From Antedon mediterranea (Eukaryota > Animalia > Echinodermata), in contig NC_092677.1 in assembly GCF_964355755.1 (NCBI RefSeq), forward strand, positions 17,878,101 through 17,942,100: a stretch of DNA of 64,000 bases. Reading direction: 5' to 3'. Both the position numbers and the translations under genes were made by a program. Below the pieces are notes generated by a model. That model did not search any database, was not told the DNA's origin, and worked only from the letters and a program-made list of their open reading frames with translations. Below, one piece after another: positions 1 through 13,204 of the stretch; the stretch's first letter is position 1, and each line of letters starts with the position of its first letter.

Positions 1-139
1 ATTCTCTTTATTTTTGTTATTTCACTTACAAAAACCAATTTATATTTAATCACAAACTATAGAATAAAAACTAGGTTATTGCTAAACTATACTATACGAA
101 TTCGCTCAGACTCAAATCTCTTAAACTGAACGAAAAAGA

Positions 140-331
140 TCAAACATTATTTCCTATTGGAATTGCGTTAAAAAAATATACATTGTTGGTCAGGTGAATG
201 ATATCCGGTTGGTTGGAGAAAGTTGGCTTTTTAGCAGCCATGAGAGAACTTTTTATAATGTTGGGTTTAGGATTTGACACTTTGGATGGAGTGGAAGACG
301 CGGATTTAGTTCGCATGTGAGCGTGGTTGGC
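140..331 (-). CDS. Candidate terminal coding exon of an unidentified gene
   Basis: Pyrimidine-rich acceptor (tattcttatactag|GCC), then 63 open codons (ANHAHMRTKSASSTPSKVSNPKPNIIKSSLMAAKKPTFSNQPDIIHL...) to TGA at 140-142. GC is higher than in the flanks. No homology recognised. Confidence 0.3.
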   Translation of the reverse strand, partial: ANHAHMRTKSASSTPSKVSNPKPNIIKSSLMAAKKPTFSNQPDIIHLTNNVYFFNAIPIGNNV

Positions 332-879
332 CTAGTATAAGAATAAATAATAATGCTAATATTAATATATTAATACAAATATAAATAAAAATAATATTAT
401 TTCCATACATTTCACAATTAAAATGTATGGTCCCTTTCTTAATCTTTTCTTGAATTCACGTCCGGCTGTGTAACCCACAAACCTACATTTAATACAAAAT
501 AAAACGTCGCTAAATAGGAAAATGTCATTCAATTTCACATTATAACAACATTAGTTTTTTATTGTTTTAATGTTATCATGAAATGCAATTCAGCATGGGA
601 CGCATGCGTCCCTAAATGCTGCTATATTTTATGAATTTTTTTGTAAATTTTTTGTTTTCATTTTTGAATAAAGATATACCAGTCAGTCAATATATACTCA
701 AGCTTATTGGGTGTAGGCCTATACGACGACCACGCACAAGCTGCTCAAACTCCTTTCAAGAGCGGCTAGGATAATATAAGTTAAGGATCTAGTGATAATA
801 AAAAAAAAAGTCAACTACACCTGAGAAGAAGGGGAAGTACAACCCCAAATGAACATCCGTCATCCGGTTCTCATTTCCC

Positions 880-1200
880 ATAATACTTGTCTGGCAGTAA
901 ATCATAAGCTATACCTAAGTCTTATATTTTATACCATTCTTCTCTACCATGTGTTTCTATAAATGTGTCTATATAATTTTCAATTTACTTTTTAACTTTC
1001 GTGATCCATGTAGATTTTTGTCTTATTTTTGGTCCTCTTACTTTTCTGGTAAAATTAATTTAGTGGAATTTTTGCAGGGCCTCTTAACATTAAGAGGCCC
1101 ATCGTAGTACTCGGTATTTTTTAATTGCATGGCTCCAATCTGGCAGTATCAGGAAAATTCCGTAAACAGGTTTCAAATGTGCTTCACATGTGATAATGTA
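880..1200 (-). mobile_element. Decayed 3' remnant of a non-LTR retrotransposon (RTE-like ORF2 C-terminus)
   Basis: Minus-strand fragments DWSHAIKKYRVLRW, PAKIPL and RKVRGPKIRQKSTWITKVKK...REEW follow the order of the W..I..RRL.W / PA / K..GR.K.TW / R..W motifs of LINE ORF2 tails. Stops and frameshifts are present. Confidence 0.4.
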
Positions 1201-1744
1201 TCACGGAATTAGCCCATGATCCTGCCCACCGTTAGATACAGTACCGGTGCTGAGAATCGACGAAAAACGCAGCACGGTTCAAAATAACACCAGCTAATAC
1301 AAATCAATACAAATATGTTCAAATGATATTATTGTCTTTAATTCAGAATATATTTCAATTAATGTTTGTATAACATTTTCTTCTACCGGTATTATTTGTA
1401 ATGGTATTTAAAATTAATAATGATGCGAAACATACGGCCAAAATATTATCATAGCCATACGACATTGCGGTAACATTTTTAATCATTTTCCAACGAAAAC
1501 AACAGATGCATAACGTAATAAAACTTAATTTCATCTTTGTCTATATTAATTTTTTTTTAAAATGTATGTATATGGCACGGACCATCAATATATGATACAA
1601 TATTTAAATAATCCACAAATGTAGTTATTTATAGAAAAAATAGTTATACTGGTATCAAATTTATAATTGTCTTTTAACAATAAAGAATATAATTTGTTTA
1701 CAATTTTTATAGAGGATAACTGGTGCAGCGTATTTGGAACAAGT

Positions 1745-1850
1745 AGTAGAACCCCCTCCTTTGGGAAACCCCATATAAGGAGACACTTCCCGCGAAACGA
1801 GGGGTAATAGATGTTTTAACATTACCACCACCCCTTACTTAAGAGACGCA
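1745..1850 (+). mobile_element. Tc1/pogo-type MITE fragment
   Basis: Starts agtagaacccc...gagacacttcc..gaaacgag. Related pieces occur at ~9153-9200, ~13608-13666 (reverse) and 36432-36618. Confidence 0.45.
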
Positions 1851-2528
1851 CCTACGAACTTAATCAATCAATCAATTATTAAAGCATTTGTTCTAAAAAT
1901 TTGTTGGAGGAAAAAAAGGTTTGAGGACATAAAACTTAATGTTTTACTACTTTTACAGTAGCAACATACAACAAAATTGAAATATCGACACCAAATATAA
2001 TACGGTATATATTCATAACACTTGCATCTATATAAATTATTATTGAAATTAGCACTATTACCATGACTACTCGAGATTGATTTTGTTGTGTTGAAATTTC
2101 GATTAGAACATTTACCTTTTAGGCTAATTCGATAATAAATTATTTATAAGTAAAAAGTAGCACGAATATATTTTTCATATAGTTAGGCCTACATAACATT
2201 TAAAACTATATTAAAAAGGTATAACAAACATTTTGTATAAAAAAGTGTTAAATACACTAGAAATGTGTTTATTCAACTTTTATTAGCAGAATAAAGATAA
2301 TTAATCGTTTCCATCTCAAACTCGGGGTATAAAATATGACATTATTAGAACATATTTAGGAAATTTGGTCCATGTATTTTTTTATGAAATTAACGGAAAA
2401 TATGTATACAATTGTGGATTTACAAATTTCGCTTGAAGAGAATGTATAAATGCGATACTGCATATGTAGTTATTAGACAAAGGCCTAAATGGCTAAACGA
2501 AACAACCCCAAACAATTTAAACGTGCAG

Positions 2529-2735
2529 TTAAAGATGTATTGTCCTCCAAAAACATGAAAAATAAAGATTAATTAAAAAAAGACTTTTAATAAGCCATTT
2601 CGCAGTTTTAATAATGTTACTTCCGTAGAAAAAAATAATTAGAAAGTTTTCACTTAGGTCTTATAAAAGGTTAAATTACGGTTTCTTCAGGTAAATATTT
2701 TTTTCGGATCCAATTTATTATTATTATTATTTAAC
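2529..2735 (+). mobile_element. Kolobok-like MITE fragment (TTAA-flanked family)
   Basis: Begins TTAA-agatgtattgtcc; shares ttcgcagttt(t)aa and other blocks with copies at 10779, 37730-37911, 41541 and 45225. Confidence 0.55.
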
Positions 2736-4729
2736 ATTAAATTGCATGCCATATTCAACAAAAACATTAAACAAATATTTTGTAGGGGGAACGATATCTT
2801 AAGTTAACAAAGGCAAAGTCTGAAAAAATAGTTGAAACAACAGATATTGAAAAAAAAATAAAAACAGTAAAACTCATCCTTTCCCGACATACGAACTCAA
2901 GTAGAAACATTACAAAATTCGAAATTCTACTACTGGTCGTAGACTTCTTCATAAATGTAAATTTTATGTTGAGATCAACATTTTTCTACTTGATATTTAC
3001 TAACACAGATGAGAGTTCATTTTAAAGGAGAAATGTTTTAGCACTACTACTCCTATTCAGAGGACACCTGTATACAAATAATTGTAATTATCTCAGATCA
3101 TCTAGGTAACGTGCTCAATACACAAAGGCAGGACTCGATAAAATAACAATACGAGATAAACCCACCTCCAGGTGCATGTCAGAACGAAATTCAGCCTACA
3201 CACATTTTTAGCTTTAAAAGATACGTAGAAGAAAAAAAACACTAAATTTCACATACTGAGGCCTACACTTTCGTATAAATATTACAAAATTAAGAAATTC
3301 ACCCAGAATATTTAAAAAGGTATAAAATTAATATAAAATGTGACCAAAATGGTTATTGAAAACAAGTTCTAGAAATATATTCACCCACCACGATACTCAA
3401 TCGACAATAATTAATCTTTATCATTTATGATGGTGATAAACCTACACAAACAATGAAAATTATATTTAAAATAAAAAGGTTCCATATTGTTTTTTCAAAA
3501 AAAAATCATTTTTTTTCTCAATAAACGGATATTAAGAAAGAGGCTAAACGATTATAAAAATATATGTGGTTTTGTCGGAAATTGATTTTTAATTATCATT
3601 TAAACATTAAAGTATACCGATATTATAAAAAAGTTACAATCCACCGGGTATATACATTAATGTTATAGCCATACAACAAAACATACAGGAATTTATAAGC
3701 TTTTACTAAAATTACAAGTTTGGCATAAATCAAAGTGGGCCTCATAGAATTTTATAACGATTTTTTAATTATTCTCCTGAAAGTAATTACAATTTACGAT
3801 CAAAACCCAGTATGGTAGAATCGTAAAATGTAACCATCAAATAAGACTTCGAAGTTTTTAATTCAATAACGTTTCATTATAAGTTAACAATAGAAACTGA
3901 ATTACTGTATGTACTTGATACTCCGTATAAAATAACTAAATTAATTTGGTTACATATTGTTTAGTAATTAAATTAGCGGCAATTCCTATAAATGAATAGT
4001 TTCCGAAATCCCTGACAACATCTAATTGCAATTAATTTTAACGCTTCATAGTTTCCAAAAAGCATGGTGTCTACGCATCGTGTTTGATTATTCGTTCATT
4101 CAGGAAGTTTGCCTTATTTTTTTCATCAACTACCGTATTATATAGGCCTCTGGTGCATGAGTTTGGTTAAACACAAAAAATGATTTTATGTCGTTACGGT
4201 ATCTAAACAAAAGGTATGTTATTATTTGAGTCTCTATGTCGTCTCTCTTCAAAATTATACTTTTTTTGTTTCTCGTTTGTATACATTATGTTTATTTTAG
4301 TCTAAATAAATATTGCATTTAGATAAATTAATAGTTCTTGGGTCCAGTGAATCTATTATAGACGGTAGTGTCATTTTAAGTAGTTTACAATAAAAAAGTA
4401 TACATTGGTAATTGAATAGTCAATCAACGTAACCAGTTTGGTAGTATTACTTTTATTGCTTGTATTACTATTAGATTATTTTTCAAATTTATCCTAATTA
4501 AAATTCTTCTTTCTCCGAAGAGAAAGGATAAATTTGGTAATCACGCTGTTCTTCACAACCCTCTACATGGCATGGAGCTCTGATCGCCACACCGTTTGGG
4601 GTTGTCTCGTTGTCTAAACGTAAACCAATCGTTTAATTAGAGATGCGTATCTTATGCTGACATAGAGGATACGTGAAGGATATTCTTTATAAAGAAGAGG
4701 CAGAGAAAAGGGTCCCCATTTTGGCGACA

Positions 4730-4771
4730 ATGCAACCAGGGAGTTGTTATTTTACAACTCCCTGATGCAAC
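4730..4771. mobile_element. 28-bp palindromic mini-element with 7-bp direct repeat (P-element-like)
   Basis: ATGCAAC-[CAGGGAGTTGT tatttt ACAACTCCCTG]-ATGCAAC: perfect 11-bp TIRs, CA...TG termini and an exact 7-bp duplication. Confidence 0.65.
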
Positions 4772-5779
4772 TATTGCTATTTTCTCTCATGACAAGATCA
4801 GAATACCTTTCAACATCCATCAACTGTTCAACAGCAACGCCGTCACTCACTATTATTAGACAACTCACGACAGGTCACTCCAACCTCGATTAATCCACTC
4901 CACCCTACCGAAAAAACCACTGCAGTAACTCAAACAATTTATTTCTTACAAAAAAAGTACTATTTATATACATTTTTGCGTTCTTTTATGAATATTTAGG
5001 CCTAATTAGTTTATTTTAAACATTTATTTTCTGCAAAAAAAATATAAAGATAGATAAAATAATAAAATACAACATTTTAGCCAATTGAAACAGTTGTATT
5101 TTTAAACAGCAGAAGTTTAGAATATACATTATCATATCATTAACTGGACATTTTTATCTGAATTATATAGATTTGCCTTTGTTTTTTTGAAAAAGGTGTA
5201 TAAATGAATGTATGTGTAATGGATAATGATAAATGAATGACGGTGATAAAAGGCAAAAGAAAGATAAGTTACGTGTAAAATTAACTGTACCCTAAAAATT
5301 ATCTTTAGGTCAACTTCATCATATAGGCCTATTTCCATTATTAACCTTTTTGAGCTAACGTTTTGTTTTTACATCTTTGGCACTTTAAAATTTGTCTGTT
5401 GTTATTTGTTCAATATGTTTATCAAAATTGTAGAAGTTGTTTTTAAGTTTTGAAAGTCTAAACAGGTGATAGGTATTTGATGTCAGAATGTTGATTAGTT
5501 TTCATTTCATGAGATAGACACATCCTTCGTCAACTGTCTCATACTTCAAATGTGCAGCAAGTGTATGTCCGTCAAAAACTGTCAAAATAGATATTGTCCC
5601 AAAGTAGAAATTGTATTTGTATGCATTTGCACATACGTTTCCCATAATAATTTTTGTTTAATTAATGATAATGGCAACAATGATGAAATTATCAAATAAT
5701 TAAAAAAACTTATATTCTATAACACTAAGGTGTACCGTATCCTTGTGATGTGGGATAATATTTAGGCCTATCCAATTTT

Positions 5780-5930
5780 ATGAGTTGAATGAGGAAAATA
5801 TTTTCATGAGTTCAAATATTGACCTTCAACGAGTAAAAATATTATTTTCATTCGACGAATACAAATATAGGTTGGTTTTCGAACAAATACTCAACAACTT
5901 CGCGTTGCATAAAATTCTCAAAAGTTAGTT
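5780..5930 (+). repeat. Interspersed repeat fragment, same family as 27885-28197 (Crypton-like)
   Basis: Shared blocks gagttgaatg, atttcatgagtt, aacgagta, cattc.acgaa, gttttcgaac and cgcgttgca.aa.attctcaaaa. Confidence 0.5.
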
Positions 5931-6046
5931 TCGAAAAATCTGCCGTTAAAATTTAATAACACTGATAATTGCTATACAATAATATTTATATTGAGAAGAT
6001 CTTTTAAGATGCCAGCATTGAGTTCAATTAAAGAAAATAGTGTAAA

Positions 6047-6600
6047 GGTCAACTTACACAGAGGAGCGTTAACGTTAAGAGGTTATGGTAAGCGGAAATC
6101 AAAAATTAGAATCTATTACTGAAATCTACACAGAACGCGGAACGGACGGGCGGCTGAGCGGAAATCTGATTCTATTTTGTTCAAATACCACGCGGTAATT
6201 TTGGATTCTGGCCAATCAACGACATGATTGATGTGACGTCATCTATCAACAACTTTTTTTTGCATGCTTTCGCCGATTCCAAGATGTTAATAATACGAGT
6301 GACGTATTGTTTGTTTAATGATAGTGCAAAGAAAGATACATTTAGGGAGGTTATTATGCTTAATACTGGCACTCTAAAACCAGCCAAGGACCTAGGCGTA
6401 CTTAGGCTACTGGTCTAGGACTACTGACAGTCGGTCATAATACGTCTAGTCCAGATCAGCAGTGCCTGCAACATGCACACGCAATTCGGGGCCTACAATA
6501 ACACCGCTCGCGAATTTCGCGCTTTGTAAATGGGACAACGCTACGCGATTTTCTGTTTACCGTTACCGCTTGTAGTTACCGCTCGTCTGTGTAAATAAGG
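6047..6600. mobile_element. Non-autonomous DNA transposon (PIF/Harbinger-like MITE)
   Basis: Imperfect TIRs: left ttacacagaggagcgttaac...ggtaagcggaaatc versus right gattttctgtttaccg...gttaccgctcgtctgtgtaa. Confidence 0.55.
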
Positions 6601-7212
6601 ATGATCATTATCAGTGTGAAAAATTATTCTCTGTATTCATAAAAATGCGAATTATAAGACATTTATTTTTTTGTATCTTTAGTTTTAAAACATTCGTCCA
6701 ACATCAATAACTACGTAAACAACGTTCTGGATTTAGTGCGATATGGTATCAAACATATCAACTTCAATATAATCACAATTGATTTAGAAATGTCAAACAA
6801 CCTCTTACAAACTTCTAAAAGTCTCAGGAAATAAGCAATATTCCAGAAGGACATCTTTACTGATCAAGTGTCGTTAAAGTTATTCTAACTCCGGTCAATT
6901 CATTCAACCTGAAATCTATACTGTATGTCCATCGTCAGTTGGCTAAAGTTTGTGATAGGAACGTGTTAACCTCAAAACTTCGAAATGTTATGTCCGTCAA
7001 AGTTTGAAGTCAGTATGAATTGTCATTATCAATTATAAGAATTTAGATGTTATTGATGTCAGCTGAATTTAACTCACTGAATCACCATCTCTCAGTTTTC
7101 CTTAACAGGTAGAACTAGCGAGATATTTTATTTTTTCTAGTATTTGTAGTAGTTGCAGCAGTTAATAGTGAGTTAATAATGCGGTACAAATTATTGTGAC
7201 GAACTACAAAAA

Positions 7213-8175
7213 ACAACCATTTTTTAAAAGTACCAAGGACAGAAGTACCAAACCATTGAAACAAGTTTGGAGAAGCACCACGCATAGAGGTTGAAAACCA
7301 TTTAAAAAGTTCCACGTACTAGGGTATACATACCGATACCCATTGAAACAAGTTTAGTACCACGCACAGAGGTCTAAAACTATTGAAACCGGTTTAGAAA
7401 AGTACCATGCACAAGGATCTAAATCCATTGAAACCGGTTTAGAAAAGTACCGTGTACAAAGAGATTCGAAACCATCGAACCAAGTTTAGAAGAATACCAC
7501 GCACAGAGGTCCAAAATCATTGAAAAAAGTATGGAGAGGTACCACGCACAGAGGTCTAAAACTATTGAAACCGGTTTAGAAAAGTACCGTGTACAGAGAG
7601 ATTCGAAGCCATCGAACCAAGTTTAGAAGAATACCAGGCACAGAGGTCCAAAACCATTGAAACAAGTTTGGAGAAGTACCACGCACAGAGGTTAAAAAAA
7701 ACATTTTAACAGGTTTAAATAAGTACCAAGCACAAGGGTATACAAAATCATTGAAACAGGTAAAGTTTACAGAAGTACCACGCACAGAGGTGTAAAACTA
7801 TTGAACTAACTTTAGAGAAGTACCATGCAAATAGTAGTTCCAAAACCATTTAAACAGATTTATAAGTACCACGCGCAGAGAGGTCCAAAAACATTGAACC
7901 AAGTTTGGAGAGAAGTACAATGCACAAAGGTGCAAAAACATTAAAACAAGTTTAGAGAAGTACAACGTACAAACGTCCAAAAACATTGAACCAAGCTTGG
8001 AGAGAAGTACAATGCACAAAGGTGCAAAAACATTAAAACAAGTTTAGAGAAGTACAACGTACAAACGTCCAAAAACATTGAACCAAGCTTGGAGAGAAGT
8101 ACAATGCACAAAGGTGCAAAAACATTAAAACAAGTTTAGAGAAGTACAACGTACAAACGTCCAAAAACATTGAAT
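7213..8175. repeat. Minisatellite of ~45-bp monomers with a 92-bp higher-order dimer at its 3' end
   Basis: Consensus gtccaaaaccattgaaacaagtttggagaagtaccacgcacagag; gtcc recurs at 7883, 7975, 8067 and 8159 (exact 92-bp period). Confidence 0.95.
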
Positions 8176-8841
8176 CAAAAAAAAGAGAAATTTTATTTAA
8201 TGTAAAAAACACTGAAATATCCGTGAATAAAGCAAGTGAATCTTTTGAATACAAAGTTAATAATGTAATCTATACCGCTTTAGTATTAGTCTTAGTAATA
8301 AGAAGAATGATAATACACAAATAATGTTTCATTGTTATTTACAGTTTATTCACGCTACCAAAAAAATTAAATGAGTTATACGTCACTAAGATCATAGTTC
8401 AAAGTTCAAAATCGTAACGGGTCATAATGTGTGGTTACCTACATCACACCCCTCACTCGTTGAATTTATGTTATATACCCATTGCTTTTGAAATAAATGG
8501 TGCGTGTGAGAGACAGCTTTCTTAATTTGATACTAAAATCTATAAATCATAGTCTTTAACTATATTAGCAGACGATACAAAGGCGCCAAGATTTTAACAG
8601 TTTTAATTTCACACACTTTCAACAAGGAAATGAGGTGTTAACACACATTCCGAAGCCTCAACAGGGGAGATATAATAAGTTTAATTGAGGTAGATAATTA
8701 CGCATATTAGTATTTATTACCAATGAATGTGAACGTTATTTAAATAGAATGTTAAATTCCAATTGTTCCAAAAAGTTGCAACTTGTTTCGTGCATACGTT
8801 GAATTACTATATATTTATTATTTTATTTACTGACACTGACA

Positions 8842-8995
8842 CTCGTACTGAGGAAGAGTTAGTGCTACTCGAAAATTCTGCAATTTGTTTCTGGCTCTTT
8901 TACTTTATCATTTTGATTTAGCTGTTTTCTTGTTTTATTCTCTATTGAGATCCAGTCATTGATACCCACAACATCAGTAATTCGCCTTTTGATTT
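8842..8995 (+). mobile_element. Penelope-like element fragment with minimal hammerhead motif
   Basis: CTGAGGA(8848-8854)-A-GAGT-tagtgct-ACTC-GAAA. The downstream ~120 bp is the reverse complement of the copies at 58245 and 61136. Confidence 0.65.
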
Positions 8996-10778
8996 ATTTT
9001 TTATTATAATAGTTTTCATTTTGGGTTCTATAAATTTGAAGCTGCGCTTGACTAGATCCAAATAATTCGTTTATGAGTAAAATGTTGTTATTGATCCAAC
9101 GTAAGAAGTAAATAATTACAAATAAGTATTTTGCAAGTGATAAATTGGAATAAAGTAGAACACCTCTTTTGAGACACTTTCTTGTGAAACGAGAGAAATA
9201 TTAAAACCTATATTAACGGAACATGTTCGAGTACGGTACCTTTTACCTCTTATACTGTATATGTTTTACTGTAGGCCTACATTGATTTACAGTTAAATGC
9301 AATTTTTCGACACGTAGGCATCACAAAAGAAATAGAAACACATGTGTCAAACCTTGGTCAAAAGACTGCTACTAGTGCTGTATACACTAGATTGAGATTT
9401 CTTTTGCATATCCAGTATCCAAGATGATAGGCTCAATATTTACCCTATTAACTTTAGATCTACACATTTTATGTCTAATTCTTTGGTCTCACACTACCTG
9501 ATTTTAACTTGATGTTCAAATGATTTATAATGGCAATAAATGTAATTGTAATCTATTTGGAAATTATAACCTCATACAGCACTTTGGATCGGTCGTAAAG
9601 CTAGCAGTTTAAATGTTGGTTTCATACAAACTTGCTGGTGAGAACAAATTCAGATATTGATATCTAGGCCTACTGATATCTATTACCTTCTTTGTTCAGT
9701 ATCATCATCATTCGCATTCATCAAAATTTCGTTGAAAAAATGAATACTAAAAATGAAATAGAGAAAGAGTACAAACACATTCATTCTGGAACTAAAGAAA
9801 TAACATGTTTGATTATTTATTATATATTCGTTTTGTTCGATAGCCTTTGAATCACTATCCCATTCTAATATGATGTTTAATTGAAAAACTGTTTCTATAA
9901 TTTGAGTGAAATATCATCTGGAATAATATAAATGTTAGGCCTACCTATGAAAAGTGTATAATTTTCCTATGTTAAAATAACTTGTGTTGCTGTGTAATTT
10001 TGTATTTCACATAATCAGATGGTAGTTAATCTTAATATGTATTGTTTGCTTACCATTTTATTTTAAATATATTTTATTCTGAAAATAGCCTCTAAAGGAT
10101 CGTGAAAAGTATAGCCTACCAGTACATTTTTTCAGTGGTTTTCTATTCATTTTACTTTGTTTTTGTTTGCATAAATAATTCGATTTCAATATGGTTAATT
10201 TTTGCAATTTCATTTTAAAAAGTTTATAGATCAATTAAAGTCTCATTAAATAAATATTTTCCCGTTCTTTTTAAACACCAAAGATTACCGGTAATACGAA
10301 AATAAAACTGGTACCACAGTACCGGTATAGGTTTGGTATAATTATTTTACACGTCGCTTTCTTAATTACCGGTACTAGACAATTGATTTCATCCGACATC
10401 GACTTAAAATAGCGTACCACCATACGGAAACAGCGGCTAATGATTAATTTAATGATAATTAATTAGGCTAATTAATTACTATTAACTTTGCATACTTGGT
10501 CAATGTCAATGACCTCATAAATGTATGCATGTTACGGCGATGTTAGTCTACTATATTAATTAGAACATGGTGTATAATTAACACCATTAAAATATCAATG
10601 TGGATATTATAGCCGTAGTACGTATTGTCTGAGCTAGGTTTATATATAGAATAATTTTCATTATCATTAAAATGGTATAGAGAAAGGAAAAAGGGGAGAA
10701 AGAGAGAAAGGTATATAATAAACAGGAAACCAATTCCAAGGCAATTATATTGATAATGTTTATAGTAAAATTTATTGG

Positions 10779-11079
10779 TTTAAAAATATATTTTCCCCAA
10801 AAAATATTAAAAAATGAAGATTATTATTGAACATTTTTTGCAGTTTAAATAAAGTTATTCCCTTCTGTAGAAAAAAATATAGTGATGTCACTTACAAGAA
10901 GAAAAAATAAGAGGTTAACTTTAACCAAAAACCAATTGTCTGACAGGCAATTTTTACTATTATTTTCTTTAAATAACAAGTTTTTTTTAAATATGTTTCG
11001 ATCCAACTTTTGATCAAAAGTGAATAACTATGTGATATTTAAATGACATGTATTTTTAGGAGACAATTTATATCTTTAA
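10779..11079 (+). mobile_element. Kolobok-like MITE with both ends present
   Basis: TTAA-aaatatattttcccc ... ggagacaatttatatct-TTAA; similar to the copies at 2529 and 41541. Confidence 0.55.
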
Positions 11080-11871
11080 ATGCATGAGATGATGACTGGG
11101 ATGACACTGACGATGAAAAGTTGTTAGTTACAAATACATTTGATAATTATAGTAATATTGATAAAATGATAGTAATCAATCAAAATTGATAATTGAGACG
11201 GCGATGATATTGATACCAAACGCGTAATAACGTGCGTAATCTATCGTAAAAGGCGTCGGTATATTTTACATATCGGAATACATCAATCAGAATTATTGAT
11301 TAGAATAGGTTTCGTAAATTACATCAAACGCAAAAATCGAACAATTCACCGGTTGAGTAATTTAATATTCCACAATTACTTGCTAAAGTGTTAAAAAAGG
11401 CGTTAAGAACAAATGTGTTGGTACACTACTATTTTGTCTTTAGACAAAGCAATATTTACAAACGAGATAACAAAAAAATCGAAAGGTCACCACGGGCTGG
11501 CCAGCAGCAACGTGTATCAATTATTTTAATATACAGTAGACCTACTACTATCACAATAAAATAGTTGTTTTTATTTTGTTTTTTGTCTATGACCTATTTA
11601 ATCTGGTAGCTATGAACTTAGTTTGCCCCAAAACCTATCTTAATTTTTTTGTGACATTCTTTTTGTAATTAGCCACTGTAATTAGGCATGTAATTATGTA
11701 AACTGATCAATAGGCCTAAAAAAAAAACCAAAACAAGACTAATAATAATCGAGTTATATGAATACAAACGCAAAATAACACAAACAATTATGAAACTAAT
11801 TTGTATTGTACACTGCCTAACTCAACGTATATTAATTAATTTTTTCTTAATTAATTATAAATATATATTTT

Positions 11872-11882
11872 ATATTACTACT

Positions 11883-11915
<33 letters not shown>

Positions 11916-11923
11916 CTTATTAT
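11872..11923. repeat. (TAT)n microsatellite
   Basis: Imperfect ATT/TAT run. Confidence 0.9.
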
Positions 11924-11994
11924 CAATTGATTATTGATGCGTAATAATTATACATTTAGTTGTTAAACGTACGTGATCTTGTAGAGAATTCAAT

Positions 11995-12085
11995 ATGACG
12001 CGCATACACGTCATCTATCGCGCGTTCCAGTTCAGCGAGTCTGATTACCTCACGCCCCATGCGTCACTACCAATCACCAATCACC
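11995..12085 (+). promoter_or_regulatory. Candidate Pol II promoter
   Basis: CpG-containing patch with TGACG/CGTCA half-CRE sites, an SRE-like TCACGCCCCA and tandem CCAATCA boxes. It lies upstream of several plus-strand exon-like segments. Confidence 0.35.
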
Positions 12086-13204
12086 TTCTTACAGGATGTT
12101 TAAAATTGTACTGGCATACAGATCTCACAAAACTTATAAATCACTGAGACGGTATATCATTTTGGAATTACTATAATTATATTAGCTCTATTAATCTAGA
12201 TACGGAACAGTTCAATAACTGATAAGGTCACGAAAAAAAAAACGTAGAAGCAATAAAGTGTAATGCGCAAGCGTAATAATACAACATAAAAAAGTCATGA
12301 AAACTAATTTATGGGAATTATTTTCCGGTTGTTATAGTAACTGTATCCAATCCACCTGACAAATTGTATCAAGAGGTTTAATAGAATGGAATCACCGTTT
12401 GGATTTACAATATTGCTCATCAAATCACGATCGGATGTTCACACTGGTCAAGGATAGAGATAGATATAGAGGCCTACTTAATATATGAAAGGGTAGATCA
12501 CTTCTTGATAATTAAATTACTTAAATAATTATGTTGATTTAAAGGCGCTTGGCTCAATTAATGGCAATTTAAAATTGAAAAGTGTGTTTATTAATACTGA
12601 TTCAGATTGTCTACACTTAAATCGCTGTGAATTTCTGTCATTTTGATTCATGACCCGACTGTGACAGATTTATGTTAAGGTTATACAGTTTAAAAAAAAT
12701 CATATTTATGCCAATTTATGCTATTATTGTTAAATTAATATTCATAATTTCTATAAATTAAAATATAATTATTTCACAAATAAAATTATTAAAAAATATT
12801 AGAATTCTATCATTTTTGTTTATATTAGGCCTACTATATATGTCCTATATATAGTCAATTATTATGTATAATGTAACAAACCATGAAGAAATAAGTTAGG
12901 ATAAATTAAAGTACTTCTCCATGAGCAAACAACTAATAAATTTGTTTTGATCAAACAAACCATGATACTCCTCAGGATAAAATCAAATAAAGAATTACAA
13001 AACCACCACATTTCTCGAGAATTTATTCTCAAATTAAAATGAGCAATATCAAAATTTGCTACAGGAAGCTACAAGCAAGTTTGCATAGAAAATCAGGAAA
13101 CATTTCCAAATATAGTCATTAAATTATGACCTTTAACCCGGGTTGTTTGTTGTGCTTCTCTCTCCAGTGAAAACTCTCTAGATTGATTACACAATCTGCC
13201 ACAA

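Noticed and set aside
7115-8254. Four minus-strand ORFs with repeated peptides
   Set aside because: They are translations of the 45/92-bp minisatellite.
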